Shown: one piece after another, positions 19,254 through 28,600 of the stretch
Layout of the letters: every line of letters begins with the position of its first letter
Position numbering within the stretch: the first letter of the stretch is position 1
Origin: Candidatus Aldehydirespirator sp.
Lineage (GTDB): Bacteria; Actinomycetota; Acidimicrobiia; Acidimicrobiales; Aldehydirespiratoraceae
Assembly: GCA_965205155.1 (NCBI GenBank)
Contig: OZ242033.1
Location: forward strand, 2,036,590 to 2,100,589
DNA: 64,000 nt
Direction: 5' to 3'
Notes under the pieces: model-generated
Told to the model about the DNA's origin: nothing
Seen by the model: the letters and a program-made list of their open reading frames with translations, nothing else
The model's database searches: none
Position numbers and translations under genes: made by a program

Positions 19254-19541
19254 ATGACCACAATGAAGCGGAGAAGGCATACTCCGGAGCAGGCGGTTCG
19301 CAAGGTCCGTGAGGGCGAGCGGATGCTGGGCGCGGGCACGGATCTCACCGAGGTTCTGCGGCATCTGGAGATCACCGAGTCGACCTGGCATCGCTGGCGC
19401 CGGGCCTATGCGGGGATGAGCGCGTCGGATGCTCGGCGGCTCAAGGAGCTGGAGGCCGAGAACGCCAGGTTGAAGAAGCTGTTGGCGGAGGCGGAGCTGG
19501 ACAAGGCGATGCTCAAGGAGCTGGCCGAGGGAAAATGGTGA
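19254..19541 (+). CDS. IS3-family transposase OrfA (HTH plus leucine zipper)
   Basis: RRRHTPEQAVRKV..., LKELEAENARLKKLLAEAELDKAMLKE. Confidence 0.85.
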   Translation: MTTMKRRRHTPEQAVRKVREGERMLGAGTDLTEVLRHLEITESTWHRWRRAYAGMSASDARRLKELEAENARLKKLLAEAELDKAMLKELAEGKW

Positions 19542-20383
19542 CCCCGGACCGTCGCCGGATCGCCGTTGAGCGGCTCCAGGTGCGGTTCGGGGTGTCTGAG
19601 CGTCGGGCGTGTCGGGTGGTGGGCCAGCACCGTTCGACCCAGCGCCGGCCCAAAGCGCCGCCGAGCGCAGCTGAGGAGCGGCTGCGGGAGCATCTGCGGG
19701 ACTTCGCGAGATGCCATCCCCGCCTGGGGTGGCGCAAGGCCCATGTGGTCGCTTGCCGGCAGGGGCTGGTGACCAATTCCAAGCGCACACGGCGCCTGTG
19801 GCGTGATGAGGGCCTTCAGCGGCCGCCTCAGCGTCGAGCCAAGCGCCGCCGGCTCACCGACGGCACCGCGGCGAGGCTGCGCGCCAGCTGCCCCAACGAC
19901 GTGTGGGCCCTGGACTTCCAGTTCGACGAGACCGCCGATCTGCGCCGCATCAAGCTGCTCAACGTCGTCGACGAGTTCACCCGAGAGGCCCTCGCCATCG
20001 AGGCCGCCCACAGCATCGACTCCGACGGCGTCGTCGGCACCGTGGAGCGCCTCGTCGCCGACCGCGGCGCCCCAGCGCATCTGCGCATGGACAACGGTCC
20101 CGAGCTCACCGCGGCCGCGCTAAGGGACTGGTGCCGGATCTGGGGCACCCACACCGCCTACATCGAGCCCGGATCGCCCTGGGAGACCCCCTTCGTGGAG
20201 TCCTTCAACGGCAGGCTGCGAGACGAGTGCCTCAACATCGAGGACTTCGCCAACATCCTCGAAGCCCAAGTGATCCTCGAGGACTGGCGAACTGAGTACA
20301 ACCACTACCGGCCCCACCAATCCCTCGGCGGGCTCACTCCCGCCGCCTACGCTTCCCACTGGAAGCAACACCAACACCCATAG
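19535..20383 (+). CDS. IS3-family transposase OrfB (DDE integrase core), probably expressed by -1 frameshift from OrfA
   Basis: WALDFQFD..., LRMDNGPEL, YIEPGSPWETPFVESFNGRLRDE, YNHYRPHQSLG. Confidence 0.85.
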   Translation: MVTPDRRRIAVERLQVRFGVSERRACRVVGQHRSTQRRPKAPPSAAEERLREHLRDFARCHPRLGWRKAHVVACRQGLVTNSKRTRRLWRDEGLQRPPQRRAKRRRLTDGTAARLRASCPNDVWALDFQFDETADLRRIKLLNVVDEFTREALAIEAAHSIDSDGVVGTVERLVADRGAPAHLRMDNGPELTAAALRDWCRIWGTHTAYIEPGSPWETPFVESFNGRLRDECLNIEDFANILEAQVILEDWRTEYNHYRPHQSLGGLTPAAYASHWKQHQHP

Positions 20384-20527
20384 CACCTGGACTCACAAAC
20401 GGGTCCCCCTCAGTACCGCTGGGAACAGGAAACAACCACCAGAGAGGACCTAGAGCGGCTGTTGGACAACGCCTCCGACGGGCTGGATGTACTGATCAGC
20501 CACGACGCGCGCAATGAACGCGCTTCG

Positions 20528-20665
20528 TGGTCTCCTCAAATGTGCAGCAAGGCGATTTCAAATGTGCAGCACCATCTGAGGGTGTTCGTTTGCGGAGGTC
20601 AGGGGATTATGCGAACCCGCCTCCAGTCCCAGCTCCAGTTCAGTCGGCGCCTTCACCCTATCTTG
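20528..20665 (+). repeat. junction element C1: two AAATGTGCAG boxes, a pseudo T-arm and a decayed tRNA-Cys 3' flank
   Basis: Boxes at 20538 and 20560. gaggtcaggggattatgcgaacccgcc-tccagtcc-...-ggcgccttc is collinear with 14004-14042. Confidence 0.75.
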
Positions 20666-20706
20666 GCTTTCTCCCTGGGCTAGGCGAACAGAGTCCGACC
20701 TCGGGC

Positions 20707-21183
20707 CTATTCGAAGACGTCCAGGCGTCCGCTGCCGAGGAGCCGCTTTGCCGCGTCGATCGCGGCTTGTGCGGTGTTGAGGGCTTGCTGGGCGTCGTTC
20801 TCGTCGACTCCGGGGGAGTCTTCGTCGGGATACTCGGTGCGGTTGCGGCGCCGGCGCATGGCGTGCAGGCGGCCGAATACCGCCATTCCGCCTCGATCGT
20901 TGAATTGGGCGCGCACGGCATCGATGACAGCGATGTGGCCCCCTCGGGTGGTGGCGCGCAGCCCTTGTACCGCGAGCAGTGCGGCAGCGGCCTTGCGTGC
21001 GGCGTCGTAGGAAAGCTGGAGCGCGCCTGCCGGGTCGTCTGAGGTGCCCTTTGAGGCGAGCCTGATATGCGCGTCGGCGTCGGCCACCAACCGGCTGGCG
21101 ACCCCGGCCGAGGGGGCCACCTGTTCGAGTTCGCCGTCCGCTATCAATCGTTCGACCTCGGCGTGTCCCCGTTGCCAGCTCAT
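20707..21183 (-). CDS. putative HEPN-like toxin partner of the upstream NTase/HTH protein
   Basis: All-helical 158 aa, 4-nt overlap with the NTase gene, Arg-rich RLHAMRRRRNRTEY segment. Family assignment is tentative. Confidence 0.5.
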   Translation of the reverse strand: MSWQRGHAEVERLIADGELEQVAPSAGVASRLVADADAHIRLASKGTSDDPAGALQLSYDAARKAAAALLAVQGLRATTRGGHIAVIDAVRAQFNDRGGMAVFGRLHAMRRRRNRTEYPDEDSPGVDENDAQQALNTAQAAIDAAKRLLGSGRLDVFE

Positions 21184-21818
21184 GGGGATCTACCACCTTT
21201 GGCTTCAAGCTCAAGGAGTTCTCTTGTTGGTTCGTGTTCATCGTTCGCGAGGACGACGACGAGGGGCCGCGACTTGACTTCCCGGATGAAACTGCTGCGC
21301 TCAGATCTCCACTGGGAGGGCGTGCGGACGGTCGCTTGGACCGGCATCCCGATCCGTTCCTCGACCCGTTGGGCAGCGTCGTCTACGAGATCGCGGTCTG
21401 CGTCTCCGATTACCAGCACGTCGACGTCGTTCGGGGCTCGGCCCGCCTCGCCCAAATAGCGTGCGGCCCAAGAACCGATCAACAGGACCGCTTCAGCCCC
21501 CTGGATGCCGGCGAGTTCTTCGGCAACCACCGTCGGCGGGCCGTATGTGGCGAGAATGATCCGGCGCACCGCGTCGTATAGAGGATGGTCGACCCTGGCA
21601 CGCACTTGCCGCATGGGACCGACCTTCTCGGTGGTGAGGATTCCGGCCTGCTCAGCTCGAAGCACTTCCCGCAGCACCGTCGGCATGCTCGTGCGGGTCG
21701 CGGCGACCAGGTCGGACAAGCTGTGGCTCTTGTCGGGGTCGGCGAGCACGCGCGCCAGGATCCTGCCCTGGGCGTCTGAGCGAAGGATAGGAGCGAGCGG
21801 CGGCGCAGGAACTTTCAT
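21180..21818 (-). CDS. winged-helix plus minimal nucleotidyltransferase (MNT-type) protein, putative antitoxin
   Basis: N-terminal HTH (LSDLVAATRTSMPTVLREV), NTase signature GSWAARY...PNDVDVLVIGD. Confidence 0.7.
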   Translation of the reverse strand: MKVPAPPLAPILRSDAQGRILARVLADPDKSHSLSDLVAATRTSMPTVLREVLRAEQAGILTTEKVGPMRQVRARVDHPLYDAVRRIILATYGPPTVVAEELAGIQGAEAVLLIGSWAARYLGEAGRAPNDVDVLVIGDADRDLVDDAAQRVEERIGMPVQATVRTPSQWRSERSSFIREVKSRPLVVVLANDEHEPTRELLELEAKGGRSP

Positions 21819-21860
21819 AAACCGTATAGAACTATACGCTTTTAGAAAGCAGATGCAACA

Positions 21861-21910
21861 GGGAATTATGCGAAGGCACCTCTAGTAGCTCCTCGAGTTT
21901 CGAATCGCAA
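21861..21910 (+). repeat. partial junction element (gggaattatgcgaaggcacctctag...agtttcgaatc)
   Basis: Matches the ggggattatgcgaaggcgcc...agtttgaacc part of the element at 22.4 kb. Confidence 0.5.
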
Positions 21911-22214
21911 CTACTTTCTCGTCGGGACCCACTTGAAGGTCCGGAGAGCAATAGCGATCGCGGCGATTCCCCAGAAGGTCAACACGAGAGAGGGGCCCAG
22001 AAGTGTGCCGTCTGCCATTGGATCGTAAGCCGATGTGAGGATTCCGACGAGCGCTCGAACGGGGAAGAGGGATACCAGCATCTCCAGCCAACCGGGGATG
22101 CAGCAGGCAGAAGATCTCCCCTCGCTCGATGGAGAACGAGAGTTCTTGCAGCACTGGCTGGGCCCCGAAGGACTTCGACACCCTGTCGACCTTGACCACC
22201 GGAGTCACAACCAC
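21882..22214 (-). pseudogene. remnant of an ABC transporter (ATPase N-terminus fused to permease C-terminal fragment)
   Basis: VKVDRVSKSFGAQPVLQELSFSIERGEIFCLL then nonsense. Another frame reads ...TFWGIAAIAIALRTFKWVPTRK stop. Confidence 0.55.
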
Positions 22215-22321
22215 TCTCCCACCGTGGCCACGAGCGCCCTCGGCACCAGTTCCGACCTCTTCCCCATGCGGCGGTCCAGCCTACGTTACGGCGACGCTCT
22301 GACCTTGATAAACGCGCTTCC

Positions 22322-22461
22322 TGATCTCCTCAAATGTGCAGCATGGCGATTTCAAATGTGCAGCAGCATCCTAGGAGTGCCCGTTTGCCGAGGTCAGGGG
22401 ATTATGCGAAGGCGCCGCCAGTTTGAACCGCCCTGGCTTTCCCGGAGGGTCTTGGTGTGCC
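22322..22461 (+). repeat. junction element C2 (direct repeat of C1)
   Basis: Boxes at 22332 and 22354. About 88 nt nearly identical by eye to 20528-20612, then ttgaaccgccctggctttcccggagggt. Confidence 0.75.
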
Positions 22462-22517
22462 CCGGGCAGTGCGCCTGTCCGGCAGTCCTAGGCCGGCTCC
22501 CTGGTTGCCATCGGGAT

Positions 22518-22544
22518 CGTTTGACATTAGATTAATGTCAAACG
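22518..22544. promoter_or_regulatory. 12-3-12 perfect palindrome, likely operator of the RHH antitoxin operon
   Basis: cgtttgacatta gat taatgtcaaacg, 35 nt upstream of the antitoxin start. Confidence 0.5.
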
Positions 22545-22578
22545 ATTCGATTGACTGCCAGCCGACGAAGGAGTCAGC

Positions 22579-22800
22579 ATGAGCCAGATCACCGCCCGGG
22601 TTCCCGATGAGCTCGTTGAGGCGCTCGATGCGGCCGCTGAGGCTCTGAAGCGCAGCCGGGCCGACGTCATTCGCCACGCCTTGGAACGCTATTTGGAGGA
22701 CTACGACGATCTCGATGTGGCCCTTGAGCGCCTGCGGGACCCAGCTGACCCGGTACTCGACTGGGACGAGGTCCGACAAGAGCTGCTCAACTCGGATTGA
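22579..22800 (+). CDS. ribbon-helix-helix (CopG/RelB-type) antitoxin
   Basis: MSQITARVPDELVEALDAAAEALKRSRADVIRHALERYL. Confidence 0.8.
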   Translation: MSQITARVPDELVEALDAAAEALKRSRADVIRHALERYLEDYDDLDVALERLRDPADPVLDWDEVRQELLNSD

Positions 22801-22847
22801 TCGCCGCGCGGCCCAGAGAACGCGAGATGGCGCAGAAGCCGTAGACG

Positions 22848-23111
22848 ATGGCCGCGTACTCAGTCCGGATCAAGCGCAGCGCCACCCGAGACCTGGCGCA
22901 GATTGCTCGCCAGGATCGCGAGCGCATCGTGTACGCCATCGATCGTCTCGGCGAGCAGCCGCATGCGGGCTACCCGCTGAAGGGAGCCCTGCGGGGCCTT
23001 CGCCGCATACGCGTCGGCGACTACAGGGTCATCTACGAAGTGCTCGACAATGAACTCGTCGTCCTCGTTGTTCGAGCCGCCCACCGCCGAGAGGCCTATC
23101 GCCGCCGCTAG
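22848..23111 (+). CDS. RelE/ParE-family toxin
   Basis: LKGALRGLRRIRVGDYRVIYEVLDNELVVLVVRAAHRREAY. Confidence 0.85.
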   Translation: MAAYSVRIKRSATRDLAQIARQDRERIVYAIDRLGEQPHAGYPLKGALRGLRRIRVGDYRVIYEVLDNELVVLVVRAAHRREAYRRR

Positions 23112-23202
23112 AACGGCAGACCGGTAGGACTCGCCAAGGGCGGCTTGGTCGTTCCAGTGACGCCGCTTTGGTATGGGAATGAGAACGATTATCATTTAGA
23201 TC

Positions 23203-24227
23203 ATGGTTGATGAGCGGGTTCCCGTGACGGTGCTGACGGGCTTTCTCGGTGCGGGCAAGACAACGTTGTTGAATCACATCCTCACCGAGCAGCACGGCAA
23301 GCGGATTGCGGTGATCGAGAACGAGTTCGGCGAGGTTGGCATAGACGATGCCATCGTCCTCGATGCCGAGGAAGAGATCTTTGAGATGAACAACGGTTGC
23401 ATCTGCTGCACCGTTCGAGGCGATCTGATCCGCATTCTCGGCAATCTGATGCGGCGCAAGGACCGGTTCGACCAGATCCTCATCGAGACGACGGGGCTGG
23501 CTGACCCTGCACCGGTGGCTCAGACGTTCTTCGTCGACGATGAGATAGCAGCCCAGCTGCGTCTCGACGCGATCGTCACGGTGGTCGACGCCAAACACCT
23601 GGTTCCACACTTGGACGAGGAGAAGCCCGACGGGGTCGAGAACGAAGCTGTCGAGCAGCTGGCGTTCGCCGATCGGGTCGTGCTCAACAAGATCGACCTC
23701 GCCGACATCAACGAGCTGGACGAGGTGGAGACCCGCATCCGGCAGGTCAACGCACTCGTGCCCATCGTCCGGACCCAGCATGGAAAGGTCGACCTTGATG
23801 CCATCCTCGAGGTCGGCGCGTTCTCGCTCGATCGTGTGTTGGCCGATGATCCCGAGTTCCTCGACCCCGATGCCGAGCATCAGCATGACCTCAGCGTGAC
23901 GTCGGTTGGCATCGAAGCCGATGGCGACCTCGATCTCGACCGGGTGAATGAATGGCTGGTCGATCTCCTGCGCACGAAGGGAACCGACATCTTCCGCTCG
24001 AAGGGCATCCTGTCGATCGCCGGCTGGGATCAGCGGTACGTGTTCCAGGGCGTCCACATGCTGCTTGACTGCGAGGCCCAGGGGGCGTGGGAGGACGGCG
24101 AGGAACGACGCAACCGCCTCGTGTTCATCGGACGCAACCTCGACCGACGGTCACTGTCGGTGCAACCGCATACGGCGGCGTCGGTTGGCACGATGTCGTT
24201 GGACCACGGACCGGCCGTCGACGTCGC
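23203..24227 (+). CDS. CobW/COG0523-family G3E GTPase (putative metallochaperone); reading frame breaks near 24.2 kb
   Basis: [13 protein letters not shown]-loop, [22 protein letters not shown]. The rest of ORF 23203-24618 is Arg/Pro-rich off-frame sequence. Confidence 0.8.
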
Positions 24228-24722
24228 TTCGAATGGAAGGGGTCGCTGCTCTCGCTGGCGATGTCTCCCGATGGAGCATGGGCCTGCGCCGGTGCCCAAG
24301 ACGCGACCGTGCAGCTGTGGCGGCTCTGGAGCGGCCGGGACCTCTCGATGTATGGCTATCCGTCCAAGATCGAGCGACTCGGGTTCCGCCACGACAGCCG
24401 ATGGCTTGCGGTTGCGTGCCTCGACGAGCTCACCGTCTGGGACTTCGGCGGGAAGGGGCCCGCCCGCACCGAGCCGGCAGTTGCCTCCGGTCACGACAAC
24501 CACATCGAGGACCTCGCTTGGGATCCATCCGGCCGGTCGGTCGCCACGGGGGGAGGAGACGGCCGCACCATCGTGTGGGCTGCCCCGACTCGTGCCGGCC
24601 AGGACCTGTCGCCGGTGACTGCACTCGAGTCCGATGCGGCGACCAGTCGACTCCGGTGGGTCAGCGAGGACAGCCTCCTGGTCGGTCGGGCCGACGGATG
24701 TCTGGTAAGACTCGCTCTCTGA
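24228..24722 (+). CDS. WD40-repeat segment (about 4 blades) in a different frame, apparently the displaced C-terminus of the CobW gene
   Basis: [66 protein letters not shown]. Confidence 0.6.
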   Translation, partial: FEWKGSLLSLAMSPDGAWACAGAQDATVQLWRLWSGRDLSMYGYPSKIERLGFRHDSRWLAVACLDELTVWDFGGKGPARTEPAVASGHDNHIEDLAWDPSGRSVATGGGDGRTIVWAAPTRAGQDLSPVTALESDAATSRLRWVSEDSLLVGRADGCLVRLAL

Positions 24723-24743
24723 AGAAGCTCTCTGAAGAACAGG

Positions 24744-25379
24744 TCAGAGGAGCCCGGCGAGCCACTCCCGGGCATCGACCATCATCTCGATGGTCTGGCT
24801 GTGAGCCATGTCGTAGGCGTGGTGTCGCAGATTCCACCCGCCATCGCCAAGGGCTGCGATCACCTCTCTGGGCTGCTCTTGGCCGATGAAGGCGTCGCGG
24901 GTTCCCCACTGGAAGAGCGCCGGTCGGCCGCCACCGTTGGACAGGTCGAGGTCGAGTCCTGGTGCGCTTGGAAGGCCGCTGCAGATGGCCCACACACCGG
25001 CGTAGCGGGGCGCCCCAACCCTGCCGGCGAGCGCCAGCGACAGGTAGCCGCCTTGGCTGAACCCGCCCACTATGCACCGCTCGAGGGGCACGCCTGCCTT
25101 TCTGGCCTCGTCCGCGATGAAGGACTCGAGCATCTCGAGCGAGGGCACGAACTGTGAGAAGTCGGATTCGAACGTGTCGAGGTCGATGTACCACCAGCCC
25201 GCGCCGTCGCCATCGGGCATGTCGATCGGTCCCCGCGGCGCGATCGCGCTGAATCGTTCGTCTGGGTCGACCAACGGCACGTACGACGCGAGGTGGTGCT
25301 GCTCGGCGGTGTAGCCGTGCATGAGGAAGAGGAGACGGTCTGCGCCGTCGCGGTCAATCCGGTACTGGGTCAGTGACAT
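24744..25379 (-). CDS. alpha/beta hydrolase, phospholipase/carboxylesterase family
   Basis: LFLMHGY, GGFSQGG nucleophile elbow, C-terminal ...YDMAHS. Confidence 0.8.
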   Translation of the reverse strand: MSLTQYRIDRDGADRLLFLMHGYTAEQHHLASYVPLVDPDERFSAIAPRGPIDMPDGDGAGWWYIDLDTFESDFSQFVPSLEMLESFIADEARKAGVPLERCIVGGFSQGGYLSLALAGRVGAPRYAGVWAICSGLPSAPGLDLDLSNGGGRPALFQWGTRDAFIGQEQPREVIAALGDGGWNLRHHAYDMAHSQTIEMMVDAREWLAGLL

Positions 25380-25656
25380 GGAACGAAACGCTCCTGTGCT
25401 GTTCGTTCGGTGAGCCTATGCGTGAACCGTGAGTGCGGCACGCCCCGACCCATCGTCAATCCGCGCACACCCATACATCGCCTACGGAGATCGCATCTTC
25501 GAGGATTCCCGCTGGAACGACTCTGCCGTCTGCTGACCCCCCGGCTTCGGCTAGCCGGCACTCTCGGGCACGCTGGTGCTTTGGGCGTCTGACATGCGGT
25601 TCTCCCGTCGAGGGGGTCAAGCGGGCACCTGGCAAGTGTATGTACTACCTTTGACC

Positions 25657-28600
25657 ATGGCCGGATGCCGCGTTCAATGGGCCAGACGGTTGGTTGTTTG
25701 GGTCGCTGTTGCGGTGGTGTCAGTGGCGGTGGCAGCCGCGCCGGGCGCGGCCCAGGATGATGCGCCCTATTCGGACGTGGCTGCTGACGCCTACTACGCC
25801 GAGACTGTCAGCAGGCTGTCCGCGGACGGTGTGTTCGAGGGCACAGAGTGCGATGAGGGGTTCTGCCCCGATGAGGCCATAGACCGCGCCACGATGGCGG
25901 TGTGGACCGTGCGTGTCGTCGATGAAGCGGACCCCGCGCCGGTGAGTTCCACACGCTTTGCCGATGTGGACGCGACGCATGCTCAAGCGGCGTTCGTCGA
26001 GCGCCTAGCAGCACTCGGTGTCACCCAAGGATGCGGAGACGGCACCAACTTCTGCCCCGACAGCGCCGTGACCCGCGCCGAGATGGCCGTGTTCCTGTCG
26101 CGGGCCTTCGATCTGGCTGAAGGACCAGATCCCGGCTTCGGCGATGTGCCTGCTGACGCCTGGTACGCGGCCGACGTCGCCAAGCTCGCCGCATCGGGCA
26201 TCACCACCGGATGCGGGGACGGCACCAACTTCTGCCCGGACCAAGACACCACCAGAGCCCAGATGGCCAGCTTCCTGGCCCGCGCGCTGGGACTGGTCGA
26301 GCTGCCTGCATCGGTCCGATTCACAGCCTTGGACACCGGCGAAGCGCATTCGTGCGCGCTACGGACTGACAGCACTGTCGTCTGCTGGGGCGACAATGCA
26401 CACGGGCAGGCTGACGCTCCCGACGGTGCATTCCAGGCGGTTTCCGCTGGCGGAAGTGAATGGGACGGGAGCCATTCGTGCGCGCTGCGGACAGACGGCA
26501 CTGTCGTCTGCTGGGGATCCAACAACGTCGGGCAGAGCGACGCTCCTGGTGGGGAGTTCGTGACGGTCTCGGCCGGCGGCTATCACTCCTGCGGTGTGCG
26601 CGTCGACGCGACGGTCGCCTGCTGGGGCTTGAACACCCGCGGGCGGAGCGACGCTCCCGGTGGGGAGTTCGTGATGGTCTCGGCCGGTGGCGGCCATACG
26701 TGCGGTGTGCGCGTCGACGCGACGGTCGCCTGCTGGGGATGGAGAATTGGCGGGGCGACGGACGCTCCCGGTGGGGAGTTCGTGACGGTCTCGGCCGGCA
26801 GCAGCTCTTACTCGTGCGGTGTGCGCGTCGACGCGACGGTCGCCTGCTGGGGCTCCGACCTCGGGCTGACGGAGGCTCCTGGTGGGCAGTTCGTGGAGGT
26901 CTCGGTCGGCGTCCGCCGTGTGTGCGGTCTGCGAGTCGATGGAAGGGCCGTCTGCTGGCGCCTCCACCCCTGGCAGCAGGCTGTTCCCGACGGGGAGTTC
27001 GTGACGGTCTCCGCCGGGCGACGTCATTCGTGCGGTCTTCGGGTCGAGGGAACGGTGGTCTGCTGGGGCGACCACTCCGAGTACGCCTCGCCGGCTGACG
27101 CGCCTGTCGGGAAGTTCGCTGCTGTGGTGGCCGGTGATCAACATGCGTGCGGCCTGCGGGTCGACAGCAGCGCTGTCTGCTGGGGCAGAAGCCTCTTCGG
27201 GGAGGCGCACGCCTCGCCCGGGAAGTTCAGCGCCGTCTCGGCCGGCGGCTCGCAATCGTGCGGTGTGCGGGTCGATGGCGAGGTCGCCTGCTGGGGCGAA
27301 CGCGCCGAACGGCAGGCCGACGCTACCGGCGGGAAGTTCAGGGCAGTGACGAGCGGCGACAGGTACTCGTGCGGTCTGCGGGTCAACTACACCATTGAGT
27401 GCTGGGGCGTGATCGACGATGCCACCGTCCTGCCGATCCGCGGTCAGTTCGACGAGATCGCTGCGGGCGGCAGGTTTGTGTGCGGGCTGCGTCGTGATCG
27501 CACGATTGCTTGCTGGACGCCGCTGCCCGAGGCGCAGGTCGATCCTCCCGACGGTCGTTTCGACGGGGTGTCTGTCGGTGGAGCGCACGGCTGCGGGCTG
27601 CGCTCGGAGGGCGTGGTCGTCTGCTGGGGCGACGACTCCCATGGTCAGTCCGACGCCCCGGACGGCCGGTTCGTCGAGGTCTCGGCCGGAGGGCTGCATT
27701 CCTGCGGCCTGCGCGCCGATAGGACCGTCGAGTGCTGGGGCGACGACTCTGATGGTCAGTCCGACGCCCCGGACGGCCGGTTCGTCGCGGTCTCGGCCGG
27801 CTCAGACTTCTCGTGCGGAGTGCACGAGTCCGGCGCAATCCGGTGCTGGGGTTCTCATGTAGTCGGTCCGCCGGTCGGGGTGCAAGAAACAGGCGAGCCC
27901 CTCGGGCCCGACCCCCACAGCTGCCGGCCCTTCGCCGATGGGGGCACAGCCAATTGGCGCACAACGACGGGCTTCCCGCCGTCCCCAGAGGTGTCCTCGA
28001 CCACGGGCCGGCTGCGGGTGGCGGTCCTGTTCGTGGACTTCGACGATGCCATAGCAATCAACAGCGCTCAGCAGGAGAGCCTCAAGGGATTGCCCTACAT
28101 GAGGCGGTACCTGGAAGCCTCGAGCTACCGCAGGCTGCGGATCGAGTCCGTGCCGCTGTTGCGGTGGCTGCGGGCCGAGCACGGCTACCAGCACTACTTG
28201 TCGCAGTCGGCGTACGGGCCGGTGGACATCAGGCGCCGCATCGATCGGGAGGTGGTGTGGTTGGCGGATCCCCACTTCGACTTCAGCGGGATCGACGCGG
28301 CGATGATCGTCATGCCCAGCGCGCACTTCAGCGGCGGCAACGCTCGCGGCTACGTCGAGTCCGCGGAAGGACTGGTATCGACGCTGCGGGTCAACACGAT
28401 TCCTGCGGCCGGACACTTGGACGCGGGTTATGTGATGGCCCACGAACTGGCCCACAACCTTGGGTTGGCGGACCTGTACCCCTACAAGGCGCACCCCTAC
28501 ACGAGCATCCGTCGGCCGGCACCTCCTGCCGACGGCAAGTCGTGGCGCTGGGTCGAGCTGGGGCTGATGGGCCTGGCCTCATGGGTGCCGACGGACCGGG

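Larger units (their letters stand above)
19194..20412 (+). mobile_element. IS3-family insertion sequence with a 4-bp target duplication GTAC
   Basis: Imperfect terminal IRs TGAGGTGGGTCCCTGATTTGAGTCC / revcomp TGAGGGGGACCCGTTTGTGAGTCC. GTAC at 19190-19193 and 20413-20416. orfA/orfB overlap. Confidence 0.85.
18675..20527 (+). pseudogene. calcineurin-like metallophosphoesterase, inactivated three ways (in-frame TAG 19113-19115, IS3 insertion, 3' truncation)
   Basis: LLGDIH, VVDGNHE, GRRFGALGGSAS, then after the IS DVLISHDA. The reading frame is restored exactly when 19194-20416 is removed. Confidence 0.75.
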
